Notes: generated by a model from the sequence alone, not told the origin. DNA of 64,000 nt from Rhina ancylostomus (GCA_030265395.1 JARFYF010000094.1:33749836-33813835), one strand, 5' to 3'; positions 26,909 to 40,832 are shown, numbered from the stretch's first letter. Program-made: numbers and translations.

Positions 26909-29900
26909 AGTGCTATCTACAATTCTGACTGCCAAGATTTTAGTTGATGGAGAGAGAGTAGGCAATGTTGGCAAATAGTCTAATTGAAGGAATTCTCACT
27001 AGTATGTTTCAACTTTATTATGAAGGCATTCCAGCATTCCAAAATGCAATGCAAACTATGTAAATTGTAGACTTTCTGTTGGTGCCATAGCACTGTAATA
27101 GTATTGGTACAGTTAATTAATAACTAATTAAATTTATTTCCCTGTCATTTGTATCCTCACGAATATTAATTTCACTCTCTTCATATGAGTATGACATACT
27201 GGACATCAATTTCACATATTTGAGGCGCAGCTAATACAGTTAATGAGCTATCAATTCAAGGTAGTTATATTTTTCTCTTCAAATTAAGCACTGTAAAAGA
27301 GTAGCAAATCAATCTATTTTTGCAAACCTATTAAACTCTTGGTTTTTGTAAATTCAGAGGAGCAAAGAATTAAAATTCTGGACCTACTTCAATGAACTAT
27401 CCTTAATATGGTAAGATTTTGTCGAAGTTCCAGAGCTCCTTAATGTTGGATCTCCATACAGCTGTTGGTGCACTTTCTCAACAGTCTGTACAAAATTATG
27501 GAACCNNNNNNNNNNNNNNNNNNNNNNNNNNNNNNNNNNNNNNNNNNNNNNNNNNNNNNNNNNNNNNNNNNNNNNNNNNNATATTGTATTCTTAAGGCCA
27601 ACTGTCAATTATAGATGGTGAGAAACTACAATACTATTATTGCTGTTTTCAAATTACATATTTTAAAAAGTGATAGTATGTTATTATAAAGTGATTGTTA
27701 TCAAGCTTTAGATGATAAATAGTATGTTTACAAACACTCAAGTTCGAACTTACTAAGTGTTAAAGCAGATTTGAATCACAATTTTAAATATTTAATTCTA
27801 ATATTGATAAATTTGATTCTTTTACCCATTCGAAGTAAGTTTTACCCCACTGTGAAATAAATTCATAAATCCACAATCAACTATGGAACTAAACCATCTT
27901 TGGTTTACCTTCACTGTAGAATCTTCCACTTTGAGATCAAAGACTTTCGTGTATATATGAATAAATGTGAATTTACAACAGCTGTAGGAAATCACAGTGC
28001 AAAATAAAGTATTAAAATGAAAGGTAATAGATTAGAATAAATCAGTAGGTATTTACTGCAACAACCTGTATGATACATTGGGGAAACAAATAAATTAATG
28101 AGAGTCACTTACAGGGTTACAATGACCTCAAAAATTAAGATACACCTTAATATATGACAACTGATATTGGATATCAGGAAGCAACCACTTCACAGAATGA
28201 ACATAATCAAATGGCACTTTAGCTGTAATTGTTCTTATAAAGTTAGTTAAGCATGTTAGTTTTCACAGAATGTGCTGTTGTCATTCAGAAGTCATGCATC
28301 ATTAACCCTTTCTCTCAGTTCAGCTTGCCTTCAAAAACTGAGAAATAATTACTTTTCACAACTGTGTCTAAACACCATCCATATAGTACACAAAAAGGAT
28401 CTTTTAGTTGCCAAGATATATAGCAAGTAATTCACCATCAAACAACAAGATAAACCTTTGAAAAAGCTACTTCAGTTAGTCAAAGATCAAGAAAAAAATT
28501 ATACAGACACTATCAATGTTTGGAAATAGCTTAACACCTATTCATAATATAATTGCCAGTTGACAAAGGCCAATCATACTATCCCATTATATAAAGATCC
28601 TCTAGAGAATGTGGTTTGCTTTTGGGAAGTTTATTGAACTGCAGATGCAAAACCATATATCTACATCTTACTTTATGTGTAATTAGGTCTGTCAGCACTC
28701 TGCTAATGTACTATACTCAAAAATCATTAATTCTCCAATACCTAATGCCAACTTCATTCATTAAGACCCAATTACTTTTTTCTGCTATGGATTGCTTGGC
28801 CAGCAATTTTGTGAATTTATGTACAGGTATGAGTCTACTGTGATACTGATTATTTGCCATAAATGGCAAATAGGTTTTAATGTACACCCAGTAATGCAAT
28901 CTATATTCAGAATGTGCATGTTAAGTGTTATTATACTGATATTCTTATAATGATTATTAAACAATGTCAAATGAAAAGGTATGTAATAATTAAATGTACT
29001 TCCTAAATTTCAAACTGTTCCTACTGTTGTTCATATAAATAACCATATCTAAAAAATGCAATAATTACAACTTGAGTTGTCAATACTTTATAATTAAACT
29101 ATATATAATAATAATGCCATATAATTTGTTTCTTCATAACAAATGGTTTAGCATTAATGTAAGTTGTCAGGAGATATCACTGATACAGCAAGAATGAATA
29201 AATCTCAAGCTATGTACAATCAACAGGATTTAATTTTTTATCTCTTCCCCTTGATAGAGAACATCTATCCAAATAGCTTTATTTAGTTGAGAAATGCTCA
29301 AACTATTTGCACAGTCCTATAGGACCCTAGTTCTTAGCTGGACCACACAAATGCTATTTCCAAATGTCAGTTTATGCTGGGACTCAAACCTACAGCCACA
29401 ACAGTGCAAAGCAAATGATTCAACCACGGCAAGGAGGAAGACTCTGTTACTGATTGACATGTTCAATAGGCTCACTCCAATCTTGCCTAACAACAGCGCC
29501 TTCTTTTTTTAATAGTCATTCAATTTTATAAAAAAGAAATAACTTTTGAAAGAGCACAGTTGAATATTTTTCTTACATTCATATTAAAGGTTAGGGTGCA
29601 CCTAAATACTGCATTGTTTAACAGGAACTTTTTATAAATCTGTCAACTTATTAAATTACCATACCAATTATTCAGTTTTATAATTCAGACTGCTTTAATT
29701 AGAGAAGGAGCCATACAAAATCTGTTAGAATAGTACAATATCGTAAGTAGATACTGAGATAACTGAACGCAATGACTCCAGATAGGAAATAATTTTATTT
29801 TTTTAAACGTTTACGCTTCATGTGGCAACATCATTCAGCAAATTGTATATACTTAAATAAATTACAGTTGATACATTTCCATGGATTTAACAAATGCATA

Positions 29901-30447
29901 GACATGAGATTTATTAAGATTTGCTACCTCTTTGCAATGAAGGATTGTTTCATATAAATATTTAAGAAAATCTACATCTGTAGATATCAATATTGATACT
30001 TAGATTTGTATATTTCTTTATTCCACTATGTATCTTTTACCTACGTTTTAAACTTAGATAGTATCAGTATCTCTGACTACAAAATGAACTGTGTTTGAAT
30101 GTTCTCACTTTCAAAGTTCTTGCAAAGTCCTACTCTAACTAGAAGTGTACCAAATCTCAATTTGTCCCAATGTGTTGCAAGCTACTATCGAGGCATATTG
30201 CATCTGGAGATAAAAATTTTGGCTAGAGCCTTGCTTAATTTATGCAACATGTTCCACTATATTTTGTTTCAGCTCAAGTACTGTTTATTCTTAATGTAGC
30301 CATACTTTGGCAACAGATAACAAACTTCCACAGCACTGTCCCACATGAATCTGCAACTGTCAATTGTAATCAAAGTCCCTAACTGGAAGCTGAAAAAAAA
30401 TCCATAGTGCATGTCACGAATGTACAACCGAATCGCCAAAACAGTAA

Positions 30448-30501
30448 TCTATCTATCTATCTATCTATCTATATATATCTATATAGATATAGATATATAT
30501 A
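30448..30501. repeat. (ATCT)n/(TA)n microsatellite
   Basis: atctatctatctatctatctatctatatatatctatatagatatagatatatata. Confidence 0.9.
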
Positions 30502-33092
30502 GTAATTATTATATATTTAGTAATCTATACACATTGTGTGTCTCTGTGTATGTGTGTTCATATACATGGAGGCACATGGCAAACAAAATTTTCTAAATAA
30601 TGATTATCATTTGTGACTTAACTTGTTAAGAATGGAGTACAAGGCAGGTGATCCATATGATTCAGATGGTAAGACGCTTCACGGTTGCATCTTAATGCAA
30701 AAACATAAAGCGCTTTTGGACAGTGGAGGTTTCGGGGTCCCAAGTGACTGTTTTTTTTGAGGGGAGGGAAGAGGGTCACATTGTCTCCTTTATCATTTAG
30801 TTTTACTATTGTGCAGTTGCATGTGTACAGAAGCGAGAAGGCAAGCCCACCGCCTGGGCACACGGTTGAAAGGTTTCAGAGAAGCGGACCCTTGACAACG
30901 GCCCAGCAGAGGCTTTGTTTGATCTGCAAATGCTTCGTTGCTCTGGGTTGTCAAGGTTCGCTTCTTGCTGGCCTGTTTACTTCACTGCGATTTTCTCAGA
31001 CATTTGGTAATCCAAGATGAAGGAGGGCTGAATTCCACATTGTTTTCTTTTCGCTAAACATTAAACAGACCCTTACTTTGGATGCCTCCCCATAACCCCC
31101 CCCCCGAGATGCCCCAAGTAAATAACAACAACCGGATTGTGGGAGGGTTGCGAACGGCTGCCCCTGGGGATGAGGCAGCCTGGCTAATGTTATCACAAAT
31201 ACAGTTATTTGGGTGATTAATCTGCACTTCATCAAGCCCAGTACCTTGCTTCTACCGGTGTTCTTCTCTTTAAACTCCGCGGGCAAACACAAACAACTCA
31301 TTGTCCGCCCGGACAGCCGCCAAAACCTCGCAAGTCGGCGAAGTCGAGCGAACAACTTTCAGTCAGAAACTCGCGCGCGCCGCCCTCCCATTAAGAAGGG
31401 AACAAGGATAAAATATTTTGTTTTAAAATCTACTTTAATATAATGCATACGTACATGTTAATGATGAGTGTTTTTTTTTAAAAAATGAAGCATTGTTTTA
31501 TTCTCTGGTGTTTATTGCTCCAATTGACAGTGGCCGTGCTGAGACGGACAGCCGCATCTGACGTGCAGCCCCCGACTGACAGGCGAGTGTGAAGGAGGGT
31601 GGGGAGACCCATGGAGGTGTGCAAGATCTGACTAACTACCGGCATGACCACAGCGGAGAACCCTTGCGCTGCTCGGCTACCTGCATAGTCTTTCGGCGAC
31701 AAATTTTAAAAAAAGTCAAACAAGCACCAAGTTAACTACAAAGTAAGAGGGGGAGCACGCACAGCTCCCAGGGGCAGGCAGTGCAATGCCAGGCCCGGAA
31801 CGAGCACTTAGGGGAAAGCACGACCCCCACCAGCAACCCCGCGCTCTTCACCCAGCCGGCAGTGGGGGGGGGGGGGCGTCCATACGCCACCCTACTCATC
31901 CCCAAGCCCTGCATCGCTCCGGCCGGTGTCCCTGTACCACACACCTCACCTCAAGCAGAGCGGGGCGTTCAGCCGGGGGAAGCTATCTATCCTCCGATGA
32001 TAATGAATGAGCGAGCGGGGGCGGAGAGGGCGCTGGCCGGGACATTCGTTTTGGAACAGTCTGGTATTGTTTCTGGAAGTGGGGGGCTTGCGCTCACCCT
32101 CGCTGTCGGGGTGACTCCGGCCTTACACCCATTAACATTCCCGGCCGGCTGGAGCGTTAGGCCGTCTGATACAATGCAATACATTACAACTCTCCAGCAG
32201 ACAGCACTACTTTCTTAAAACAGCAGTAAGTTTAAACCGCCAGCGCTCTGGCTGCGGGCTTCTTACTTTGAGTACCGGAGCTTCCAGCGGCCAAAACTTG
32301 GAGAAAGTGGCGATGAAGTCTATTCGGGTCGCACTGAAGAGCTGAAGACACTAGGCATTGCAATAAACTTGATGTCCCCTTCCCCCAACCTCAATAAATA
32401 TCTGACACACAAAAAAAAACCTCAATGCAATGCAGTATGGAATGCTCAAACTATGACTAAATAGAATTGTGGAAATGTTGGAATCCGCATTTGCCCCATA
32501 ATTTTAATGACCTTCAATATAATTCGATGCTATCGCCCTCGTGTGATGCCCATCCAAACTCGCACGGGTCTTTTTGAAAGTACAGGATGAGAAAAAGTGA
32601 CAAGTTTCAGGAGTTCCCCCCCCCCCCTCCCCTCCTCTTCCCATGCGGTTCCTGCTGTGTGCCTATTCCCCCTACAGGAATGGTGTGATCCTGGAGAAGA
32701 GATTCCTCGATCCACAGCCTGTCAGGTCTCCGGCGAACTGCCGATCCTGCTCCTGCTTCTCAGCAAACTCGCAGAAAGAAACCTCACGCAACACAACTCC
32801 TTGAAACTGACCACACTCGCTAATAACCCCTTGCTGACCAAGCCAGAGAGTCCCGCGTCTCAATTGAGACACAAACCACGGTCCCCCTTGGCCAGCGCAT
32901 TTTTCTTGTACAGAGCCAATGCAAATTGTTTATGCCCGAGTCGAAACTCACTTTCACAAACAACAATATTTTTTTTGCAAACACCCCAAACTGCACGTGG
33001 GGCTTGGAGGAAATCAAAGTCAAGCCAAGCAGAAACAGTTAATCTAAAAGCGAACAGGGGCAGGGAGAGAAAAGAATCAAATTTAAACTTAC

Positions 33093-33140
33093 CAGTTGGT
33101 ACAGCTTTAGATTGTTGGGTAACCAGAAGATAATTTGACC
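33093..33140 (-). other. Candidate 48-nt exon
   Basis: Acceptor tgtgtgttgcAG| at 33142-33141 and consensus donor ctg|GTaagt at 33092-33087. Confidence 0.55.
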
Positions 33141-33295
33141 CTGCAACACACATGCGATTGTGTACGAGAAAGCATGCAACAAGCACACAATAAATAACAA
33201 TATATTACTCCGCTCTGGCACTACGTTGTGGAGCTGCCGCTTTCCAAAGACACAAAAATCTGCCTGGTGCAACTAAGCAGCCGGATTGAACTCAC

Positions 33296-33445
33296 ACTTG
33301 ATGGGATCCTTTCCTATCCTGCTGCCGCGCGTTACCCCACTCTTCATTATTGAGTATTCTACAGAACTTAATGAGTCTTGGGGGGGGGGACAGAGAATAC
33401 AAATCGCGGAGTTGGATGTTGTTATTTTTTGCTGCGAGCTGCCTC
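33296..33445 (-). other. Candidate first exon (5' boundary unknown)
   Basis: Donor caagt|GTgagt at 33295-33290. It lies just downstream (minus strand) of the CRE/forkhead motifs and 155 nt from the 48-nt exon. Confidence 0.45.
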
Positions 33446-33446
33446 C

Positions 33447-33476
33447 TGACGTCATATCCACCTGCTGTGTAAACAA
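33447..33476. promoter_or_regulatory. Compact motif cluster: full CRE, E-box, forkhead/FOXO site
   Basis: TGACGTCA at 33447-33454, CACCTG at 33459-33464 and GTAAACAA at 33469-33476, all within 30 bp inside the CpG island. Confidence 0.5.
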
Positions 33477-33725
33477 CATGTATCAGGGCTTTAAGGGGGG
33501 AAAGCTGGTCTAGGATCGGAGCTTTGAGCACAGGCAGTTAGGGTGCACCGGTGCAATTTTGGCGTTAACGCCAAAATTATAAACAACCATAAACCCCGAC
33601 GGTGTCATTCGGGCTGTGAAGGAGCTCGACCCAGTGAAAGTGATTGTGTAAAAAGTGAAAGAGTGTGTGTGTGTGTGTTTCTTAACAGACAGCTGGGCCA
33701 AGGAAGCGACTCCGAGAGGCGGCAG

Positions 33726-33766
33726 CGCTCCGCTCGGTTCGGCTCCGCTCGGCACGGCTCGCTCGG
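33726..33766. repeat. Degenerate GC-rich pentamer repeat (GCTCG/GCTCC/GTTCG), truncated by a gap
   Basis: cgctccgctcggttcggctccgctcggcacggctcgctcgg followed by Ns. Confidence 0.7.
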
Positions 33767-36700
33767 NNNNNNNNNNNNNNNNNNNNNNNNNNNNNNNNNN
33801 NNNNNNNNNNNNNNNNNNNNNNNNNNNNNNNNCAACCCTGTCAGGAAGTGGAAAGTGTCAATATTTAGAGTGCCAAACCTACTCTTATCTACTTCACCGA
33901 CTCTATATAAAAAAAACACGGACGATCTGGAAGTGTCGAACCACTAATGTGCCTTATTTTTCTGTCTCTCATTCAGTAACCGCGGCTATGTTCAAGGGTT
34001 ATTTATTATTTTACAAAGGAAAGAAATAACAAAAGTTCAGTTGGAAGGGGTAAGATGTAGAGGGTAAAGTTTATAACTTGTGATACATGTCACTGTTTTT
34101 AATGACTTGTTGTACACATCTGGTTGTATCATTTCAGCTCTTTGATGAATGGGAAAGATGCTCTTTGATATGATTGTCTAGGTGTAATCAGCTCTGAACT
34201 CCACCATCGTGGAGTATGACACTAGCCTTCAAACCTTTAATCGCCTTTTAAGACCTATCTTCTGATACATTCTTACTCTGCGTATTAAGGGAATTGATAT
34301 ATAACTCTCTCCGAAACAATCGAGCACACGAAACTGCGACAATTTTTTTCCTTGATAGCCTTATAATAAAAACATTAATTACGAACCCGATGGGGCGATT
34401 TTTCTTTTCTTGAAAAATGCTTGCGAACCGGTTCAGTAGTCCAATTAACACTTCTAGAACGTAACATTAATCTGCAATTTAACTGAAATCTTTCTGAAAC
34501 CTTGCGTGTCCTTGATCAAGGACTGAAATGCAGAGATATAAATTTATTTATAAATGACGCTTAATTTATTACAGGGGGCATCGGTGGCCGTGCTGAAGAG
34601 TGGCGGATTTCTTTCAAGTCTCCGTTCTACTGAGAGATGGATTTGTGCAAACGGAGAGCTTGGGACGCCATCCCCTGGTTATAAAAGCATCGGGAAAAGC
34701 CAAGGAGAAAATAATGTGTAAAGACAGTATTATTTGTGTGGGATCCGATGCAGAATTAAATGTTACGATGTTATAAATATATATTCATCTTGCTTGAAGG
34801 CGTCCTGATCATACAATGAACAAAAATAATCAAAATCTGAGTCCGAATCATATTACATTTATTGTCATGTTTAGGTTTAATTGCAAATATGTAATAAACG
34901 CTGTTACTAAAATTAAGTTTACATGCACTAAAAGGATGATTCACAACCCGTTTTACAATAACTCGTGCTTTTATAAAAGTATTAAAATGGAATTTCTACG
35001 CAACGTTTGAAACTTCGGGTCGCGGAACTTCCTGTAGTTCTCTCTAGCCCGCCCGAATGGTGGTCTATTTCGCATCAAATAAATTGAAATAGGTTATTGT
35101 CAAAAGATGGGAGCCGAAAATATTTGGGATATTTTTCAATCCCGAACGAATAGCTGTAGTGGAAAGTAATCGAGTTCGTTTCGATTGCACTTTCCTGAAT
35201 CCTTCCCGAACATACTTACAATTCCGTTTCCACTGGCTCATCTTACGGCTTACCTGAAGGAGTGCGCTGGCAGTTCAATGCGAATTGTGAAGACCCGCGG
35301 AACTTTCGGAGAACAGCAAGGACATTTAGCGATATTCAGCTCAGATTATTGGATTTAGCAGGCTGCTGTTTTGTTTTGTGTGAGAATGCAAAACTGTGAG
35401 AGCAAAGTGAAGTTAAGAGGTAGCATACACATAAGGGGTAGTAATAAACACATCTCGAATGTAACCTAAATGTTGAACTTGATTGCAAGCTTAACCCAAT
35501 TATGATTTCTCAATACCTCGTATGCTCTTCTTCACGTTGTTTAAAAGAGTCAATTTCGTATTTAAATAATCACACCTCCAATTCACTTCATCGTTATATA
35601 GTTACATTTTTCCACTAATATCCACCTAGCACCGAGCTATGTCCTAAAATGTTAAATGTTCAATGTGAAATAAAAATGGAAACAATTCAGGCTTTGTTTT
35701 TAACTGAGTTTAACTAAACATTAAACACCTTGTGGATAAATCCACGTCTATTATTACCATGCGCTCATTCAAAACTAACTCCCCTCTTGTTCAAGGTTAT
35801 TTTAAGAAAAACGGTAAAGACTTAAAATGAAATCAGATAAATGGGCTTTCGCATACTCTATTCCAATCGTTCAAGTCTCCGTGGTACTTACGGTTGCAAA
35901 GTAATTGGATTTTATTTCAGACGGGGATATTATAAAGATTTTATGAAAAGATTTGTTCATTTAGTAAGAGTGCTGCCCTTTNNNNNNNNNNNNNNNNNNN
36001 NNNNNNNNNNNNNNNNNNNNNNNNNNNNNNNNNNNNNNNNNNNNNNNNNNNNNNNNNNNNNNNNNNNNNNNNNNNNNNNNNTCATTTAGTAAGCGTGCTG
36101 CCCTTTCACCGTCTGACACATCTGGAGTATTCAAGAGAAGTGTGCATCTCGGTGAGCGAACACTTTTAGAATAGTGTTGTACTCTGGGTTTTCCTGATCC
36201 CTGTATTTGTTCAGGTATGTACCATTTTGTAAAAAAAATTGTTAAAAGTACTACAATTGCCTGGATGCATCAGAGGGAGCATGATAACCTTTGTGAAGAG
36301 GCATCGGCAATGTCGCAGAAATTGGCGTGAGGTTTTTTGGGGGATCCGTCAGCGTGGATGTTTAACTCGGTAGCCTCTCAGATGGGGTCACTCAGCTGCA
36401 TCGGTATCACGGGCTTAAGGACATTCGGTGTATCAATTATCCTCGTTATGTATAATCTTTATACGCGTGGCCTCGCAGTAGTATGTTCACTTATCTATAT
36501 CGGCTATCATTAATACAGTTATTTACCTGTACAGTCATTTACCTGTATGGACCTGTATTGTAACTCTGTACTAGGAATGGCTTTCACAAGTGTTGTCGGT
36601 AAGCAGTATGGACTGTCAGATGTAGAGCCACCCGACGTACAGATTATTAACCTTTGCTTGCCACATTCCGGTCCTGCTACAGCAAAGACGGTTCAGCAGT

Positions 36701-39700
36701 GGGAAGGGAATATTTATTTGAAATATTCGCTGTTCGGCTGATGGCCGTGATTTTGCCCTTAGCATGGTACCAACATATGAAGAAAGCATGTCGAAGCTGT
36801 GATCATACAGGGAATTTAGGGGAGGGGGCATGGTAGACGGAGGATAAAGCTTCCTCTTACNNNNNNNNNNNNNNNNNNNNNNNNNNNNNNNNNNNNNNNN
36901 NNNNNNNNNNNNNNNNNNNNNNNNNNNNNNNNNNNNNNNNNNNNNNNNNNNNNNNNNNNNAAGCTTCCTCTTACATTTCCTTCTGGCTCATTCTCACACT
37001 TAGACTTTCTTTTCCCCTGGATCTTCAAACAACCTATCTAGAAATCAGTTTTTAATCTCGTATCGATTTTAATTATATTCTTCATTTGTCCCCTTCACAC
37101 TATAGACTTTGAAGGTATCTGTTACATTATTTATTCTCTCTGGGTCCTGGATTAGTCAGATCGTTTGTTACTTGTATTTTTCGTCAGTGAGTGACAGGTT
37201 GTGCTTTGCCATCAACAAATACCAGACACCCCTTTGACTCCTTTCAGCTGAGTTTCCCCAAACTTGTGCATGTTTAAAGATAGTGCCATACTGTGAAATG
37301 AAATCACCCACCTACCATCTTGCAGCTCATTTTGTATTGACTAGTTTAGGTTTCTAGCCAAATGACAGCACAGTATGTGACCACTGATGTTTACAGGTTA
37401 GTTGTATACTGTATAATTTTTGGTGGATTCTCAGATCTCTCTCCCTTATAATGACAGGTTTTCATTTCAACTTTTTGATTATATTGCACTTTTTAATGTT
37501 ACCTTTTGACATTTACTGTATATCCAAGATTACATCACACAATATTTGTTAAAGTGATTCCAGATTTCCTTGATAAACTCACATTAAGATGCTATTTCTT
37601 GGGGTTATGAATAATCAAATGACCTTTGTTTCAATTTCTCTTCTTCTTACGTTCTTTCATTTTCTCCCATTTCTATTTCTTTGATTTTCCCCATTTTTTA
37701 AGATATAAACTTACCCAAGTAAACAACATACAAATTCTTCTCCAAAGTAAAACAACTAACAGAACATAAAGACATAAATGTTAAATAAAACCATGCACAG
37801 CCAGCATAAAATATTTATACCAATGAAATCTAGGGCCAACAATTTCAAAGAAGCTAAATAATATTTTCAAGTGGCAATAACCTCAAAGTGACATCAGTTT
37901 CACTTGCGATAAAGTTAATTAAATGATTAAAAATAAAATGTTCTCACTTGCAACAATATCAATTAGAGCAACAATAAATACTGAATTCTGATGTAACCAT
38001 ATAAAATGCTAAAAAACATAACTTAGTCTGAACCTTACTTATCCATTTTCAGTTAATGCATTTGCTATGTATTTTTAGTTTTCCCTTGCTGTTACATTTT
38101 TCATTTTCTAGATTCAATTATATGTGTCTTGCTTTAGTTTTATTTTAGAATTTTTGTATTTGTTATTAATTATCTTCCATTTTCCTTTACTTTATTTGTG
38201 TTATCCTCATTAGCCTCTCAGTTCCCATCTTGAGTTTGATTTCCTATTTGTTCCTTTAATCTGTTGCTTTATCATCAATCACCCAGCTTCACAGCTTGAA
38301 GCCTTCTCTACAGTTTTGCAGCAGTGAATATGTTTCTATTGATCACACATCCAACCCCAAACAAAACAGTACATGCAAATCTATCTCATCATTCTACCTA
38401 CAAAGAGAATAATGGCGCTTGAGGATACAGCTATTGTATTTTCTCCAATTGCCAGTACAGCTCAGCAGGACAAATCAAGACCTCAGTCGAGGCCTGTAGT
38501 TAGCTGTAATAGATGCAATAAGCCATCCCCATGGTCCTGTTGGCTAACTACACAGGCAGTTTTATATATTTTTTAACTAAGCTGAACTGTATCATGTCTC
38601 AGCTTACATCTGGAGGACAAAGAAAGGAGATTGATTTCTCAGATAAAAGACTCCAAAGATTGTGGGGTTTATTTGCAGATCAGATGCATTCCTTAACAGG
38701 ATACTGCTTGACATATTTTCTTAGTCTAGGGTATTTGTGACAAATAAAACACATGGCTAATTGAATGTCCCAATGCTCATTAAAAGAACTTTCATATCCA
38801 TCCTTAGAAGCTTGTTGCAGTAGAAGATTAGAACAAAATTTATCCCAGATGGTAATTGAACAATTTTGACTTTTATTAGAAGAGGGCATTGGAGGCGGAA
38901 ACAAGTGGAAGTATCAAGATTTTCTTGGTCTCAGCACTACCCAAGAAACAGAAGTGAAATGAAGCTTTCCCTTTTCTGATAAGTATTCAACAGCCAATTT
39001 ACGAATGAATAGCTAGATATCGATAAATATGTAGTAGGATATGAAAATAAGTCTAAAATTTGTACAATGCAGTTTCTTCTATTTGACCAACAGTGTGATA
39101 ATAGAATGGAATTGCTGAGCCAGCAGCTCAAGTTCCTCCTCATCATCATACAGAAAAAAGAGTTGGCATTTCCACAATATTATGTAAACAAATAAAAACC
39201 GCCAAGTGGGTGAATAAAACCTCTGTTTAATTCTTTCACTATAGAGAGTGTGAATCCAGTACTTAGTATTATGTGGGAGCACTCAGATATGGCTGACTCA
39301 AATGTTTTCATTGATTTTAACTCAACAGAAGGGAAATAAATAATCTGAAGAGTTTGCAGCTGAGTCTTTCTAGGTATTTCAAATTCACTTCGTTTCAGGA
39401 GAGTTTCTTATGATATTGTCACCAGTGATTGTGGATGATTATACCGTTAATTTCCCTGATAAAACCAGAGACTTATCTTCAGGCAGTACAGCAATATGAT
39501 AATTGTCCTTATGATTGGGTAGTTGGCACTGGTTGTACTGTCTCATTAACTTCCCTTATTGACACCCCTAAGGCATTAAGGTTTAAGTCTTTGATACTAG
39601 AGCTGTAATGGAACTGTTTTTTTGGCATCAAAGCTCAAAATATGTGCAATAAAACAAAGGTTTGGCAGCATTGATAGTGTTAGGGAATCTAACAATGCTG

Positions 39701-40832
39701 TTGAATTTAATCAGAGTGGTTGGAAGAATGTTCTGATGCTAGCAAAGCTGCTTCAAACAAAACGGATCAATTAATGCTCTTGTTGATTTCATCTTGAATT
39801 CTACTCTAAAATTGTGAATTTCTCTATTTCATTATTAAGTTAATAAAACATATTTCCTGTATAACAGATTCGTATGATTCAATTTCTTATGCATCTTATT
39901 TTGTTGATTGAGATGAATGCATCAGATTTTAAAGAACAGGCCATTGCATTAAGGTTACTAAATATCCCTCAATTTAAAAAAGGACCAAACTATCTTTAAA
40001 GTTTTATTTAATTCTAGTGAAGAATATCCAACAAAACTTTGTATATCCTTTTCTACAGGCAACAAAGAATACATTTCAGGATGACTTTTTATAATCATTG
40101 CACACTATATTACTTGGTGCTCAGCAAGACCCTCTTTGTCAATATATGCTCTGTTAAAAATCACATGAAGATTACTAGGAATATTTGTTATCTCAGTACT
40201 GGCCTACAACACGTTTATTTGAAAAATTTTATAAAATATGTAAAGTTAGCCAATGCCGAGAATTTTTTTTGCAGTTTGACTCACATTGTCATTAATATCC
40301 TATCTGAATGTATCATCTATCACATGAATCTTAAAAATTCTCAATAAAATAGAAAATATCAGAAATGCAAATAAATCACCCATACACTTTGAGTGTTTTA
40401 GGGGTTAGTATATTCTGACATGTACCGACTATGCATTTTATCCAGATATATTTGATATTAACCTTCACTTTCAAATAGATTGTGTTAATACTGCCAAGTA
40501 AATTGGCACAGTTGATGGAAAAAGTCATTTTGCATAGTAACAGAATGACAAAATAAAGCTTATTTCTATTTGATCGCAACCTCTGAATATGCAATTCTTC
40601 TGTGTTGGCGGCTTCATATTATGAAACCTAAATCAAATCACAGATGAAATAAGACCTCAAGGAAACAATACAAACAGTTCATACAATTGCACTCAAAGTT
40701 TCAATTGTAACTCAGTTGATAGCCCTCTCACTTATGAGTCAGAAAGTTTAGATTCACGTGTCACATCAGAGACTTGTGCACATAAATCTAGGCTGGCATT
40801 CCACTGTAAGACTGAGGGAGTTCTTCACTCTA

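Larger units (their letters stand above)
30650..33900. promoter_or_regulatory. CpG island / probable promoter of an unidentified minus-strand gene
   Basis: GC and CpG density rise sharply against a CpG-depleted background, with G/C runs. Several strong minus-strand 5' splice sites occur (33295, 33092, 32266, 32097, 31949). Confidence 0.8.

Noticed and set aside
33296-33445. Vague recalled resemblance of the candidate first exon to 5' UTRs of known multi-exon-leader genes
   Set aside because: The similarity is too short and cannot be verified without a search, so no gene symbol is assigned.
30757-33755. Dense overlapping ORFs on both strands (up to 178 aa) in the CpG island
   Set aside because: These are expected from stop-codon scarcity in GC-rich DNA. 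They show no recognisable domain and contain homopolymer-derived low-complexity sequence.
35957-36106. 25-bp direct repeat flanking a 100-N gap (same pattern at 36847-36974 and ~581-697)
   Set aside because: These are overlapping contig ends joined by a default-size gap, so they are assembly artefacts rather than biological repeats.
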